NCBI GenBank assembly: GCA_048268245.1 | Contig: JBLWVX010000032.1 | Span: 1-32,838 of the forward strand | DNA: 32,838 nucleotides | Source of the DNA: Arcobacteraceae bacterium | GTDB lineage: Bacteria > Campylobacterota > Campylobacteria > Campylobacterales > Arcobacteraceae | Direction: 5' to 3' | Shown: positions 16,860-25,575 of the stretch, piece after piece | Position numbering within the stretch: the first letter of the stretch is position 1 | Layout of the letters: each line of letters begins with the position of its first letter | Position numbers and translations under genes: made by a program | The notes under the pieces: generated by a model | What the model saw: the letters and a program-made list of their open reading frames with translations, nothing else | The model's database searches: none | Told to the model about the DNA's origin: nothing

Positions 16860-18428
16860 ATGAAGATGGAAACGAATGTGGATGCTTTAGAGCAAGTAGA
16901 AAGTCATGACGATAAAATAGAAAAAAAGCCACAGATAGATAAATTATCTTTGATAATAAGTAGTGGGTTTTTAGTATCATTTGTTATTTTAGCATTAGTT
17001 GATTCAAAATTATTATCAGCTATAGTAAATGGTGGTTTTGCTTGGTCATCAAAAATGTTTGGAGCTTATTGGCAGTTTTTATTATTTGCCACATTTATTG
17101 TTGGAATTGGTTTAAGTTTAGGTAGAACTGGTTCTGTTGTTTTAGGAAATACTGATAAACCTGAAATGAGTACATTTCAATGGATAGCAATTATTCTTTG
17201 TACGTTACTTGCAGGTGGTGGTGTTTTTTGGGCTGCAGGTGAGCCTATTGCTCATTTTATTTCTCCTCCCCCATTTTATGGAGCTGAAACTGATTTATTT
17301 CAAAAAGCTATAAATGCATTATCTCAATCTTTTATGCACTGGGGATTTTTAGCATGGGCTATTTTAGGGACTTTAACAACTATTGTTTTAATGTACCTTC
17401 ATTATAATAAAGGTTTACCTTTAAAACCTAGAACTTTACTTTATCCTGTTTTTGGAGATAAAGCCATAAAAGGTCCTCTAGGTTCAGTTATTGATGCTTT
17501 CTGTATTGTTTCAGTTGCAGCAGGAACAATTGGGCCTATTGGTTTCTTAGGGCTACAGGTTTCTTATGCTTTAAATAAGTTATTTGAAATACCAGATACT
17601 TTTACAACACAATTTATTATTATTTTATGTGCAATTATTATTTATACAATTTCAGCTTTAAGTGGATTAACAAGAGGTATCCAAATTTTAAGTAGATGGA
17701 ATATTATTTTAGCAGTATTCTTAATGATATTTATTTTTGTATTTGGTCCAACTGCTTTTATTATTGATGCTTATGTTCAAGGTGTAGGATCTGTTATTCA
17801 AAACTTTATACCAATGGCTACATTTAGAGGTGATACTTCATGGCTTGGTTGGTGGACTGTATTCTTTTGGGGATGGTTCTTAGGTTATGGACCAATGATG
17901 GCAATTTTTATTGCTAGAATTTCAAGAGGAAGAACAATTAGAATGCTAATTTTAGCTGTAAGTATTTTTGCTCCGCTAATTACTATGTTTTGGTTTACAA
18001 TTGTAGGTGGTGCTGGATTATCATTTGAAATTGCACAACCGGGTGTTATTAGTGAGGCATTTAAAGGGTTTAATTTACCTGCTTCTTTATTAGCTATTAC
18101 ACAATCATTACCATTACCAATGGTTATGTCAATTTTATTTTTAGTTTTAACTACAATTTTTATTGTAACAACAGGAGATTCTATGACATATACTATGAGT
18201 GTTGTTGTAAGTGGAAGTACTGAGCCTCATCCTTATCTTAGAATGTTCTGGGGTATATTAATGGGAGCTTTAGCAATTATATTAATATCAATAGGATCAG
18301 GAGGGATATCGGCATTACAATCATTTATTGTAATTACAGCAGTGCCTGTATCTTTAATCTTATTACCTGCATTATGGAATGCTCCACAAATAGCCATTAA
18401 AATGGCAGATGAACAGGGTTTAAAATAG
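16860..18428 (+). CDS. BCCT-family betaine/carnitine/choline-type transporter
   Basis: About 12 TM helices; 'TLLAGGGVFWAAGEP', 'FMHWGFLAWA', 'WTVFFWGWFLGYGP', 'FIARISRGRTIR'. Confidence 0.94.
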   Translation: MKMETNVDALEQVESHDDKIEKKPQIDKLSLIISSGFLVSFVILALVDSKLLSAIVNGGFAWSSKMFGAYWQFLLFATFIVGIGLSLGRTGSVVLGNTDKPEMSTFQWIAIILCTLLAGGGVFWAAGEPIAHFISPPPFYGAETDLFQKAINALSQSFMHWGFLAWAILGTLTTIVLMYLHYNKGLPLKPRTLLYPVFGDKAIKGPLGSVIDAFCIVSVAAGTIGPIGFLGLQVSYALNKLFEIPDTFTTQFIIILCAIIIYTISALSGLTRGIQILSRWNIILAVFLMIFIFVFGPTAFIIDAYVQGVGSVIQNFIPMATFRGDTSWLGWWTVFFWGWFLGYGPMMAIFIARISRGRTIRMLILAVSIFAPLITMFWFTIVGGAGLSFEIAQPGVISEAFKGFNLPASLLAITQSLPLPMVMSILFLVLTTIFIVTTGDSMTYTMSVVVSGSTEPHPYLRMFWGILMGALAIILISIGSGGISALQSFIVITAVPVSLILLPALWNAPQIAIKMADEQGLK

Positions 18429-18458
18429 TAAAAAGAAGTATTTAATACTTCTTTTTAC
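18428..18458 (+). terminator. Perfect 15-bp inverted repeat after the BCCT gene (intrinsic terminator-like)
   Basis: GTAAAAAGAAGTATT-T-AATACTTCTTTTTAC. Confidence 0.65.
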
Positions 18459-18479
18459 AAAAAATTTCAGGAGAGAGAA

Positions 18480-20894
18480 ATGAGTAAAAATACTAATAAA
18501 ATACAAAAAACATTATTAAGAGATCCAAGTGTGGTAATGGATTTAAAAAGAATGGGTGCAATGCACCAATCTAGAATCAGTTTTACAAGAACATTAATAA
18601 GAAAAATGGCAAATGAAAACTGGACAATTACAAATACAAAATGGGATTTATGTGAAAATGGATATGGAACAGCTATCTATGAACTTAAAACTCCAAATAA
18701 TACATATAATGTAGTGATTTTTTCTAATCATATTAAAGATGAAGAAAGAAATGATAGGGTAATTGCCGAAAAATGGGATACAACTTTTACATTAATTGAA
18801 GGGGATGTTAGTAATAAGTTATTAGAAATACTTAAAAGTAATGTTCCTTTACAAGAAGCTGGTAGAAATACAAATAGAGCTTTAGTTTTAGCTAGAGCCA
18901 ACAAAAGTGTAAGAGTTTTTGATCATGTTATTAACTCTTTAGCTTCAGGTGAACAACCAAATATTCAAGAAGTTGCTAAGGTTGGTTATATTCTTAGAAC
19001 TACTGCTGTTTATGGTAGTGGAAAATTTGGAATTAATGATTATGTAGCATTAGAAAGTAATCCAGATTTCTCTCAATCTTTTAGTGCTGAGATGTGTGCT
19101 GTATATGTATTACGTCAATTCTCTTTAGATTGGGCTAATTATATTGCTAAAAATAAAGGTGGAGATAAAGCCGTAACTTTAGATAAAGAAATCCAAAGAT
19201 TTTTAGGAATAGGAAATGCAACAGGTTTAGGAATGGCTCCTTATTTAATAAGACATCCAAAAGTTGTTGATAATTGGTTATACCAAAGAGAATTAGCTTT
19301 AGGAAAAGTATCATTAGAAGAAATTACAAAAGAAAAATCTCAAGAATTAATAGGCTATTTAAATAGAGCTATTACTCATTTAGAAGATGTAGTAACAATA
19401 AATGAAAACCAAAGAAAATTAAATGTTCAAGCTTCATTAGAGCTTCCATTAATTATTGAATCTGCTAAAAAATTAGTTGGTAAAACTTACAAAGAGTTGA
19501 TTGAAAGCTCTACAGGTGCTTCTTATGAAGCTCAAGAAGTTTTAATCTCTTCTATTATTGAATTATATCCTGATCTTGTAGACTGTCATCAAAATCATAT
19601 GAGAGTCGATGAGCAGCCTTTAGAGTTAGCAGGTGTTAAGATTAAAGCTTTAAAAGAGAAAATAAAATCTCATTATTCTTGGGCTTTAAATTATGATTTT
19701 TCAACTGAAAAAAGTACTTATTGGTTTTGGTATGTTTCAGAAGATAAAGGTGAACCAAGACTTGGAGTTAGAAATGTAGATAAAGGACATGAGTTAGAAC
19801 TTCCTTTAGATATTGCAAGAAGAGTTACAAATCTAAACGTAGCTTTAGAAAATATACAAGATGATGAACCTGTAACTAAATATTTATTAGAAAACCCACA
19901 ATACTCTGCAATTGTTAGAAGAGTTTGGACTATGGGTGCTTGTCAAATGGGTGAAATCCAAGCAAATGTTTTAGATAAAAATTTTTTACCTATGGATTTA
20001 CTAAGAGCAAAACTTGCAATGTTTGGAGCTACAAAGTTTGATCCAAGATCTGATAGATGGGTTCAAGTTACATTCTTCCAAAGTGCACCTTTATCAAATG
20101 AGATTCACAATGGTGAGTGGTTATTCCCTCAAATTCCAAAAAGTAAAGATGATAGGTTGAATATTGAAGAAGGAAAAATATCTGTTTCAAGAACAGAATT
20201 AACAACTATGTGTAGTAATGCTTTTAATGGATTAAAAAGAGATTCTGGGGAAGCTGACATAATTTCTAAAATGGTTGTAGATACTGAAATGGTTGGATTA
20301 GATGGTGTAAAACACTATGTAAATGCTTTAAAATTTTTAAAACATAGTAATAAAACAGCATTAAATATTAGCTCAGAAGATTCTCATATTATAGTAGATT
20401 TAAATAATGATACTATTTTAGGACATATTCAGATTTTAATAGCATATGCTTTAGAGTTTATACCAAATAATGAAACAGTAACTTTAGAGATTAAAAACTG
20501 TCATAATAGATGGTTAGTATTTCCTCAGGCTTTAAGAATTGCTAAAAAAGGTTTAAGTGCTAGATTCTCTTGGGATAACTCATCTAATGATAAAAGTATT
20601 TCATATTTAATTGGTGCAAATGAAGAATTACCAGAGGTTTGTATTTCTTCAAGTAATGGCTTTAATAAAAGAACACTATTTATAGAAATCAGTACAAAAG
20701 ATATAAAAACTAAATGTGATAGTTCTGAATTAATAAGTTCAAAACAATTAAAAAAATCATTTGATCATACTTCTGAAAATGGTCTTGTAATTAATTTAGA
20801 AGATTGGAATGCTCTTAAAGAAGTAGCAAAAGCAATCTATGTAGAGTCAAGTGAAAGCTCAAGAAATGACGCTGGTGGAATAGTAGAGAAGTAA
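18480..20894 (+). CDS. Conserved protein of unknown function (~555 aa) apparently fused to a C-terminal DUF3726-like domain
   Basis: N-part motifs 'ERNDRVIAEKWD', 'GYILRTTAVYGSGKFG', 'GIGNATGLGMAPYL', 'EPRLG', 'FGATKFDPRSDRW'; C-part starts 'VSRTELTTMCSNAFNGL...GEAD' and ends 'WNALKEVAKAIYVESSESSRNDAG', which I recognise as DUF3726-like. RBS AGGAG. Confidence 0.7.
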   Translation: MSKNTNKIQKTLLRDPSVVMDLKRMGAMHQSRISFTRTLIRKMANENWTITNTKWDLCENGYGTAIYELKTPNNTYNVVIFSNHIKDEERNDRVIAEKWDTTFTLIEGDVSNKLLEILKSNVPLQEAGRNTNRALVLARANKSVRVFDHVINSLASGEQPNIQEVAKVGYILRTTAVYGSGKFGINDYVALESNPDFSQSFSAEMCAVYVLRQFSLDWANYIAKNKGGDKAVTLDKEIQRFLGIGNATGLGMAPYLIRHPKVVDNWLYQRELALGKVSLEEITKEKSQELIGYLNRAITHLEDVVTINENQRKLNVQASLELPLIIESAKKLVGKTYKELIESSTGASYEAQEVLISSIIELYPDLVDCHQNHMRVDEQPLELAGVKIKALKEKIKSHYSWALNYDFSTEKSTYWFWYVSEDKGEPRLGVRNVDKGHELELPLDIARRVTNLNVALENIQDDEPVTKYLLENPQYSAIVRRVWTMGACQMGEIQANVLDKNFLPMDLLRAKLAMFGATKFDPRSDRWVQVTFFQSAPLSNEIHNGEWLFPQIPKSKDDRLNIEEGKISVSRTELTTMCSNAFNGLKRDSGEADIISKMVVDTEMVGLDGVKHYVNALKFLKHSNKTALNISSEDSHIIVDLNNDTILGHIQILIAYALEFIPNNETVTLEIKNCHNRWLVFPQALRIAKKGLSARFSWDNSSNDKSISYLIGANEELPEVCISSSNGFNKRTLFIEISTKDIKTKCDSSELISSKQLKKSFDHTSENGLVINLEDWNALKEVAKAIYVESSESSRNDAGGIVEK

Positions 20895-20895
20895 G

Positions 20896-23133
20896 ATGGA
20901 AAATCAACATTTAAATGTAAAAACAGCTGGAGGGTGGGGAGCTCTTATCTCCTCTGGTAAGTTTTTAATGAGAGAAGGTTTTTTTAAAGGTTCTAAAACT
21001 CTTTTTAGTCTTAATCAAGTAAAAGGTTTTGATTGTCCTGGTTGTGCTTGGCCTGATCCAAGCTCTAAAGAGCGATCAATGACGGAGTTTTGTGAAAATG
21101 GTGTAAAAGCAATTGCTTTTGAAACAACAAAAAGAAGAGCTTCAAAAGAGCTTTTTGAAGAGACTACAGTATCTGCATTAAATGAACATGATGTTTATAC
21201 TATTACAAATCAAGGAAGGTTAACTGAACCTTTTTATTATAATAGAAAAAAAGATAAATATGAACCTATTTCTTGGGATAGTGCTTTTGAAGTTATTGCA
21301 AAACACTTAAAATCTTTAAATAAGCCTGATGATGCAATATTTTATACTTCAGGAAGAACTTCAAATGAAGCTGCATTTTTATATCAACTTATGGGAAGAA
21401 TGTTAGGAACTAACAATTTCCCTGATTGCTCAAACATGTGTCATGAAAGTTCTGGTGTAGGAATGGGTGAATCCGTAGGAATTGGGAAAGGAACAGTATC
21501 TTTAGAAGATTTTGATAAAGCAGAATTAATAATGATTTTTGGACAAAATCCAGGAACAAACCATCCTAGAATGTTAAGTGAATTGCAAAAAGCTTCAAGA
21601 AGAGGTGCAAAGATTGTTTCTATAAATCCTTTAAAGGAAGCAGGTTTAGTTTCATTTACCCATCCACAAGATGTGGGACAAATGCTAACAAATAAAGCAA
21701 CACCTATATCAACTCATTATTATCAAGTAAAAATGGGTAGTGATATGGCTTTAATTCAAGCTATTATTAAATATATTTTAGAAAATAATGAAGCTTGTTT
21801 AGACAAAGACTTTATTAATGAGCATACAGCTGGTTTTGATGAGTATAAAAATGAAATACTTAAAAAAAATTGGGAAAGTTTAGTTAAAGAAACTTCTTTA
21901 ACAGAAGAAGAGATTATAGAAATTGCTAAACTTTATGCAAATTCAAATAAAACTATTTGTTGTTGGGCTATGGGATTAACTCAGCATCAACATGGCGTTG
22001 CAACCATTGAAGAAGTTATGAATTTATTACTTTTAAAAGGTAATATTGGAAAAGATGGAGCTGGGGCTTGTCCTGTTAGAGGTCATAGTAATGTTCAAGG
22101 TGATAGAACAGTAGGGATTAGTGAAGCCCCTAAAGAAGAGTTTTTAAAGAAGATTGATAGTGTATTTGATATCGTAAGTCCTAGAAGTCATGGTTATGAT
22201 GTAGTACATGCAATAAAAGCAATGCATAAAGAAAAAAACAAAGTATTTATAGGACTTGGTGGAAACTTTGCAGATGCAGCACCTGATACTAAAATAACCT
22301 ATGAAGCTTTAGAGTCTTGTGCTTTAACTGTTCATATTTCTACACATTTAAATAAAAGTCATCTAATTTGTGGAAAAGAGGCTTTAATTTTGCCATGTCT
22401 TGGAAGAACAGAGTTAGATATTCAGCAAAATGGAGTACAAAGTGTAACAGTAGAAGATTCTATGAGTATGGTTCATGCTTCAAAAGGTAGTAATATTCCT
22501 GCTTCAAGAAATCTAAAATCTGAACCTTCAATTATTGCTGGAATAGCGAATGCTACTTTTGGAAATGAAAAAGTAGATTTTTTAGATTTGATTACAGATT
22601 ATAATAAAATTAGAGAAAAAATTGAGGAAGTATTACCTTTATTTACTTCATATAACACAACTATGGAAAATAAAGAGAGTTTAGAGTTATATAATAGTGC
22701 AAAAAATAGAGTATGGGAAACAAAGAGTAAAAAAGCAAATTTTATAGTAAATGAATTACCTACTTTAAAGCTAGAAGACGAACATCTTATTTTAATGACG
22801 ATGAGATCTCATGATCAGTTTAATACAACAGTATATGATACAAATGATAGATATAGAGGGATAAAAAATAAAAGAAAGATTATCTTTTTAAATGAAAAAG
22901 ATATAGCTAAACTTGGATTTAAAAATGGAGATTTAGTAAATATTCAATCACATTCTAAAGATAATATAAAAAGAGAAGTGTATAACTTTGAGATTATAGC
23001 TTATGATATAAAAGAAGGCTGTGCAGCAGCTTATTTCCCTGAGGCTACACCTTTAGTTTCGATAAACCATTTTGATAATAAAAGTTTTACTCCTTCGTAT
23101 AAGTTTATTGATATTACATTACAAAAAGTTTAA
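20896..23133 (+). CDS. FdhF/YdeP-family molybdopterin oxidoreductase
   Basis: 'NQVKGFDCPGCAWPD', 'EFCENG', 'YTSGRTSNEAAFLYQ', 'NNFPDCSNMCHESSG', 'RGHSNVQG', 'TMRSHDQFNTT'. Confidence 0.93.
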   Translation: MENQHLNVKTAGGWGALISSGKFLMREGFFKGSKTLFSLNQVKGFDCPGCAWPDPSSKERSMTEFCENGVKAIAFETTKRRASKELFEETTVSALNEHDVYTITNQGRLTEPFYYNRKKDKYEPISWDSAFEVIAKHLKSLNKPDDAIFYTSGRTSNEAAFLYQLMGRMLGTNNFPDCSNMCHESSGVGMGESVGIGKGTVSLEDFDKAELIMIFGQNPGTNHPRMLSELQKASRRGAKIVSINPLKEAGLVSFTHPQDVGQMLTNKATPISTHYYQVKMGSDMALIQAIIKYILENNEACLDKDFINEHTAGFDEYKNEILKKNWESLVKETSLTEEEIIEIAKLYANSNKTICCWAMGLTQHQHGVATIEEVMNLLLLKGNIGKDGAGACPVRGHSNVQGDRTVGISEAPKEEFLKKIDSVFDIVSPRSHGYDVVHAIKAMHKEKNKVFIGLGGNFADAAPDTKITYEALESCALTVHISTHLNKSHLICGKEALILPCLGRTELDIQQNGVQSVTVEDSMSMVHASKGSNIPASRNLKSEPSIIAGIANATFGNEKVDFLDLITDYNKIREKIEEVLPLFTSYNTTMENKESLELYNSAKNRVWETKSKKANFIVNELPTLKLEDEHLILMTMRSHDQFNTTVYDTNDRYRGIKNKRKIIFLNEKDIAKLGFKNGDLVNIQSHSKDNIKREVYNFEIIAYDIKEGCAAAYFPEATPLVSINHFDNKSFTPSYKFIDITLQKV

Positions 23134-23150
23134 TAAAAAAAGAGTTTATT

Positions 23151-23579
23151 ATGAATAAGTCTAATCTTATATCTAATGGAATAGAGTTTAATAAAAATTG
23201 TGAAGAAAACTTTCTAAATATAAAAATACCTTTAAGTTTGGAGAATCAACAAATAATTGATTGGTTCTTCAAAGAGTTTAAAAAAATCGAAATAAAGCAT
23301 ATATGTGATAATTGGCTTTTAGATGAAAAAAATAGTGCTGTAATAAGTCCTAATAAAACTTTTTTTTTAACAAAAAGGGAATTAACTTTTTTTAAACTAT
23401 TAATTAAAAATAAAATTGTTACTTATGAGCAAATGAATTGGTTTATTTGGAATGGAGAATTTGCAAGTGAAAATGCAGTAAAAGGTTTTGTTAAAAATTT
23501 TAAGAAGAAAATACCTCCTAGTATTTTAAAAAATTTAAAAGGAATTGGCTATAGATTGATTGATGATATAAATGTATAG
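23151..23579 (+). CDS. OmpR/PhoB-type winged-helix DNA-binding protein without a receiver domain
   Basis: 'LTKRELTFFKLL..NKIVTYEQM...IW....SENAVKGFVKNFKKK....ILKNLKGIGYRL'; only ~50 aa precede the wHTH. Confidence 0.8.
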   Translation: MNKSNLISNGIEFNKNCEENFLNIKIPLSLENQQIIDWFFKEFKKIEIKHICDNWLLDEKNSAVISPNKTFFLTKRELTFFKLLIKNKIVTYEQMNWFIWNGEFASENAVKGFVKNFKKKIPPSILKNLKGIGYRLIDDINV

Positions 23580-23641
23580 TTAATATATTTAAAATATATT
23601 TATGTATAATAAAAATACAAATCTATATTTTAGGTAGTGCA

Positions 23642-24283
23642 ATGAAAAAAAAATTAAAACGAGATAAAAATAAAACAATGACTGAACAAGTTTATGAAAA
23701 ACTTGAAGATCTTATTGTTTTTTGTGAAATTGAACCAGGAACAGTGTTAACAGAAGCAGAAATATCTGAAATGATAGGTGCGGGTAGAACTCCTGTTAGA
23801 GAAGCTTTAAGGATGTTAGCAAATGAATCTTTGGTTAATGTATCAAGAATAGGAGTTTTAATACCTGAAATGAGTGGCTCAACTCAACTTCAACTATTAG
23901 AAGTAAGAAGAGCTATTTTAAAATTATGTGTTGAAAAAGCTATAGATAGATTAACAGAGATTGATAAAAAAGCAATTCAAGAGTTATTAGATGTTGTAGA
24001 TCATCAAGATGATGTTGAATTTTTATATTGGTTAAAAAGAAGACATAAAGTGTTAGCAAAATGTTCAAAGAATCAATTTATTTATGAAGAACTTAGAAAT
24101 GTGCAAGGGCTATCCCATAGATTTTGGTATTTTTATGCAAAAAAAGAAGACCATAAAGAAGGACAGACTTTGCACAAATATATTTTAGAAGCTGTTTTAG
24201 AACAAGATAAACAAAAAGCAACAGCAGCTGTTGATGATTTAATTGACTATCTTGAATCTTTCACTAGAAAAAATTTAATTTAA
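23642..24283 (+). CDS. GntR/FCD-family transcriptional regulator (paralog 2)
   Basis: 'EQVYEKLEDLIVFCEIEPGTVLTE...IGAGRTPVREAL'; collinear with 11640..12284. Confidence 0.92.
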   Translation: MKKKLKRDKNKTMTEQVYEKLEDLIVFCEIEPGTVLTEAEISEMIGAGRTPVREALRMLANESLVNVSRIGVLIPEMSGSTQLQLLEVRRAILKLCVEKAIDRLTEIDKKAIQELLDVVDHQDDVEFLYWLKRRHKVLAKCSKNQFIYEELRNVQGLSHRFWYFYAKKEDHKEGQTLHKYILEAVLEQDKQKATAAVDDLIDYLESFTRKNLI

Positions 24284-24285
24284 TT

Positions 24286-24308
24286 TATATACCTTTTTTG
24301 GGTATATA
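24286..24308 (+). terminator. Hairpin after GntR paralog 2
   Basis: TATATACC-TTTTTTG-GGTATATA. Confidence 0.5.
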
Positions 24309-24402
24309 GATTTTATACAAAAAAAGCTACAAAACAATCAAAAAACATTTTTTATTATAAAAAGATATAGTAAAATTATACTATATTTTATATAGTATAT
24401 AT

Positions 24403-24440
24403 TTTAAACATATTTATAATATATCTTAAGTATATTTTAA
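24403..24440. promoter_or_regulatory. Divergent operator, copy 3, upstream of the TRAP operon
   Basis: TTTAAACATATTTA-TAATATATCT-TAAGTATATTTTAA: same geometry and core (TTATAATATATyTTAAGT) as copies 1 and 2; arms pair at 11/14. Confidence 0.6.
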
Positions 24441-24489
24441 GAATAAGAGGCGTATACTTTCATTATATAAACTTAAAAAAGGATTAGAT

Positions 24490-25542
24490 ATGTTAAGAAA
24501 TAAATTACTAGGAACAGCGTGTGCTTTACTTTTAAGTGCAGTAAGTTTAAGTGCAGAGACATGGAAGTTTGCAAGTGAAGAAGCTAAGAAAGATGTTCAA
24601 GATATCTATGCTCAAGAGTTTGCTAAAGTAGTTAAAAAAGAGTCTAACGGAAAAATTAAAGTTAGAATCTATTACTATGGGCAACTTGGTGGTGAAAATG
24701 ACATTGTTGAGTTAACTTCAAATGGTTCAATTCAATTTGTATCAGTTGGAACGGGACATTTAGGTTCTTATGTACCTGAAGTTCAAGCAATCTCAATCCC
24801 TTATGTATTAACAAATAATGAAAATGCAGCTTATGAAGTTTTAACTACAAGTAAAACTATTTATGAAGATTTAGCGCCTAAATTTGAAAAAGCAAATTTA
24901 AAACTACTTTCTATGATAAGTGAAGGTGAAATGGCATGGGGTGCAAATAAACCTATTAGAAGTCCAGAAGATTTTGCAGGTCAAAAAATCAGAACATTTA
25001 CATCTACAATTCCAGTAGAAACATATAAAGCATTTGGTGCAGTTCCAACTCCATTATCATGGGGAGAAGTTTATTCTTCTTTACAATTAGGAACAGTTGA
25101 TGGTATGGTAAATCCAATGTACTTCATTTACAATGCTAAATGGCACATGGTACAAAAATACATTATGTTCCCAGGTCAACAGCCATATATTGGAACAATT
25201 TCGACAAACGCAAAATGGTATGCAAAACAAACACCTGAAAAACAAGCGATTATTCAAAAAGCAATTAAAGCAGCTAATAAAGCAGCCTTTGAATATCAAA
25301 AAAGAATTAACAAAGAAAATACTCAAAAAATGTTAAAAGAAAATCCTGAGTTAAAACTTATAACTTTAACGCAAGAAGAAAGAGCAAGATTTAAAGAGTT
25401 AAGTAAATCTCTTCATGGGACTTTCTTAGATGTTGTTGCTAAAGCATATCCAAATGGAAAAAAAGAACAAGCAAAAAAAGAAGCTAAAGAGATTCTAAGT
25501 GATTTAATCCAAGAAGTAAAAGAAGCTGAAAAAAGACATTAG
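24490..25542 (+). CDS. dctP: TRAP transporter solute-binding protein, TeaA/UehA (ectoine-binding)-like
   Basis: Signal peptide; 'WKFASEE...DVQDIYAQEF', 'EGEM', 'SPEDFAGQKIRT', 'ETYKAFGAVPTPLSWGEVY', 'DGMVNP' closely parallel Halomonas TeaA as I recall it. Confidence 0.9.
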   Translation: MLRNKLLGTACALLLSAVSLSAETWKFASEEAKKDVQDIYAQEFAKVVKKESNGKIKVRIYYYGQLGGENDIVELTSNGSIQFVSVGTGHLGSYVPEVQAISIPYVLTNNENAAYEVLTTSKTIYEDLAPKFEKANLKLLSMISEGEMAWGANKPIRSPEDFAGQKIRTFTSTIPVETYKAFGAVPTPLSWGEVYSSLQLGTVDGMVNPMYFIYNAKWHMVQKYIMFPGQQPYIGTISTNAKWYAKQTPEKQAIIQKAIKAANKAAFEYQKRINKENTQKMLKENPELKLITLTQEERARFKELSKSLHGTFLDVVAKAYPNGKKEQAKKEAKEILSDLIQEVKEAEKRH

Positions 25543-25546
25543 TATA

Positions 25547-25561
25547 AGCCCCCTTGGGGCT
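25547..25561 (+). other. GC-rich stem-loop immediately after dctP (probable mRNA stabiliser)
   Basis: AGCCCC-CTT-GGGGCT in an AT-rich context, with no U-tract. Confidence 0.5.
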
Positions 25562-25575
25562 ATAAAAGGTTAAAT

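Noticed and set aside
20896..23133. Selenocysteine formate dehydrogenase or selenium-linked system (given ygeY)
   Set aside because: The active-site position is Cys (CSNMCH), with no in-frame TGA and no sel genes in the window.
23578..23610. AATATATT cores upstream of the GntR genes as autoregulatory sites
   Set aside because: Short AT-only matches without the flanking arms; expected by chance at this base composition.
24377..24399. TATACTATA-N5-TATAGTATA palindrome upstream of operator copy 3
   Set aside because: Single occurrence and nearly all A/T in a very AT-rich spacer; cannot be separated from chance, although it may be a second binding site.
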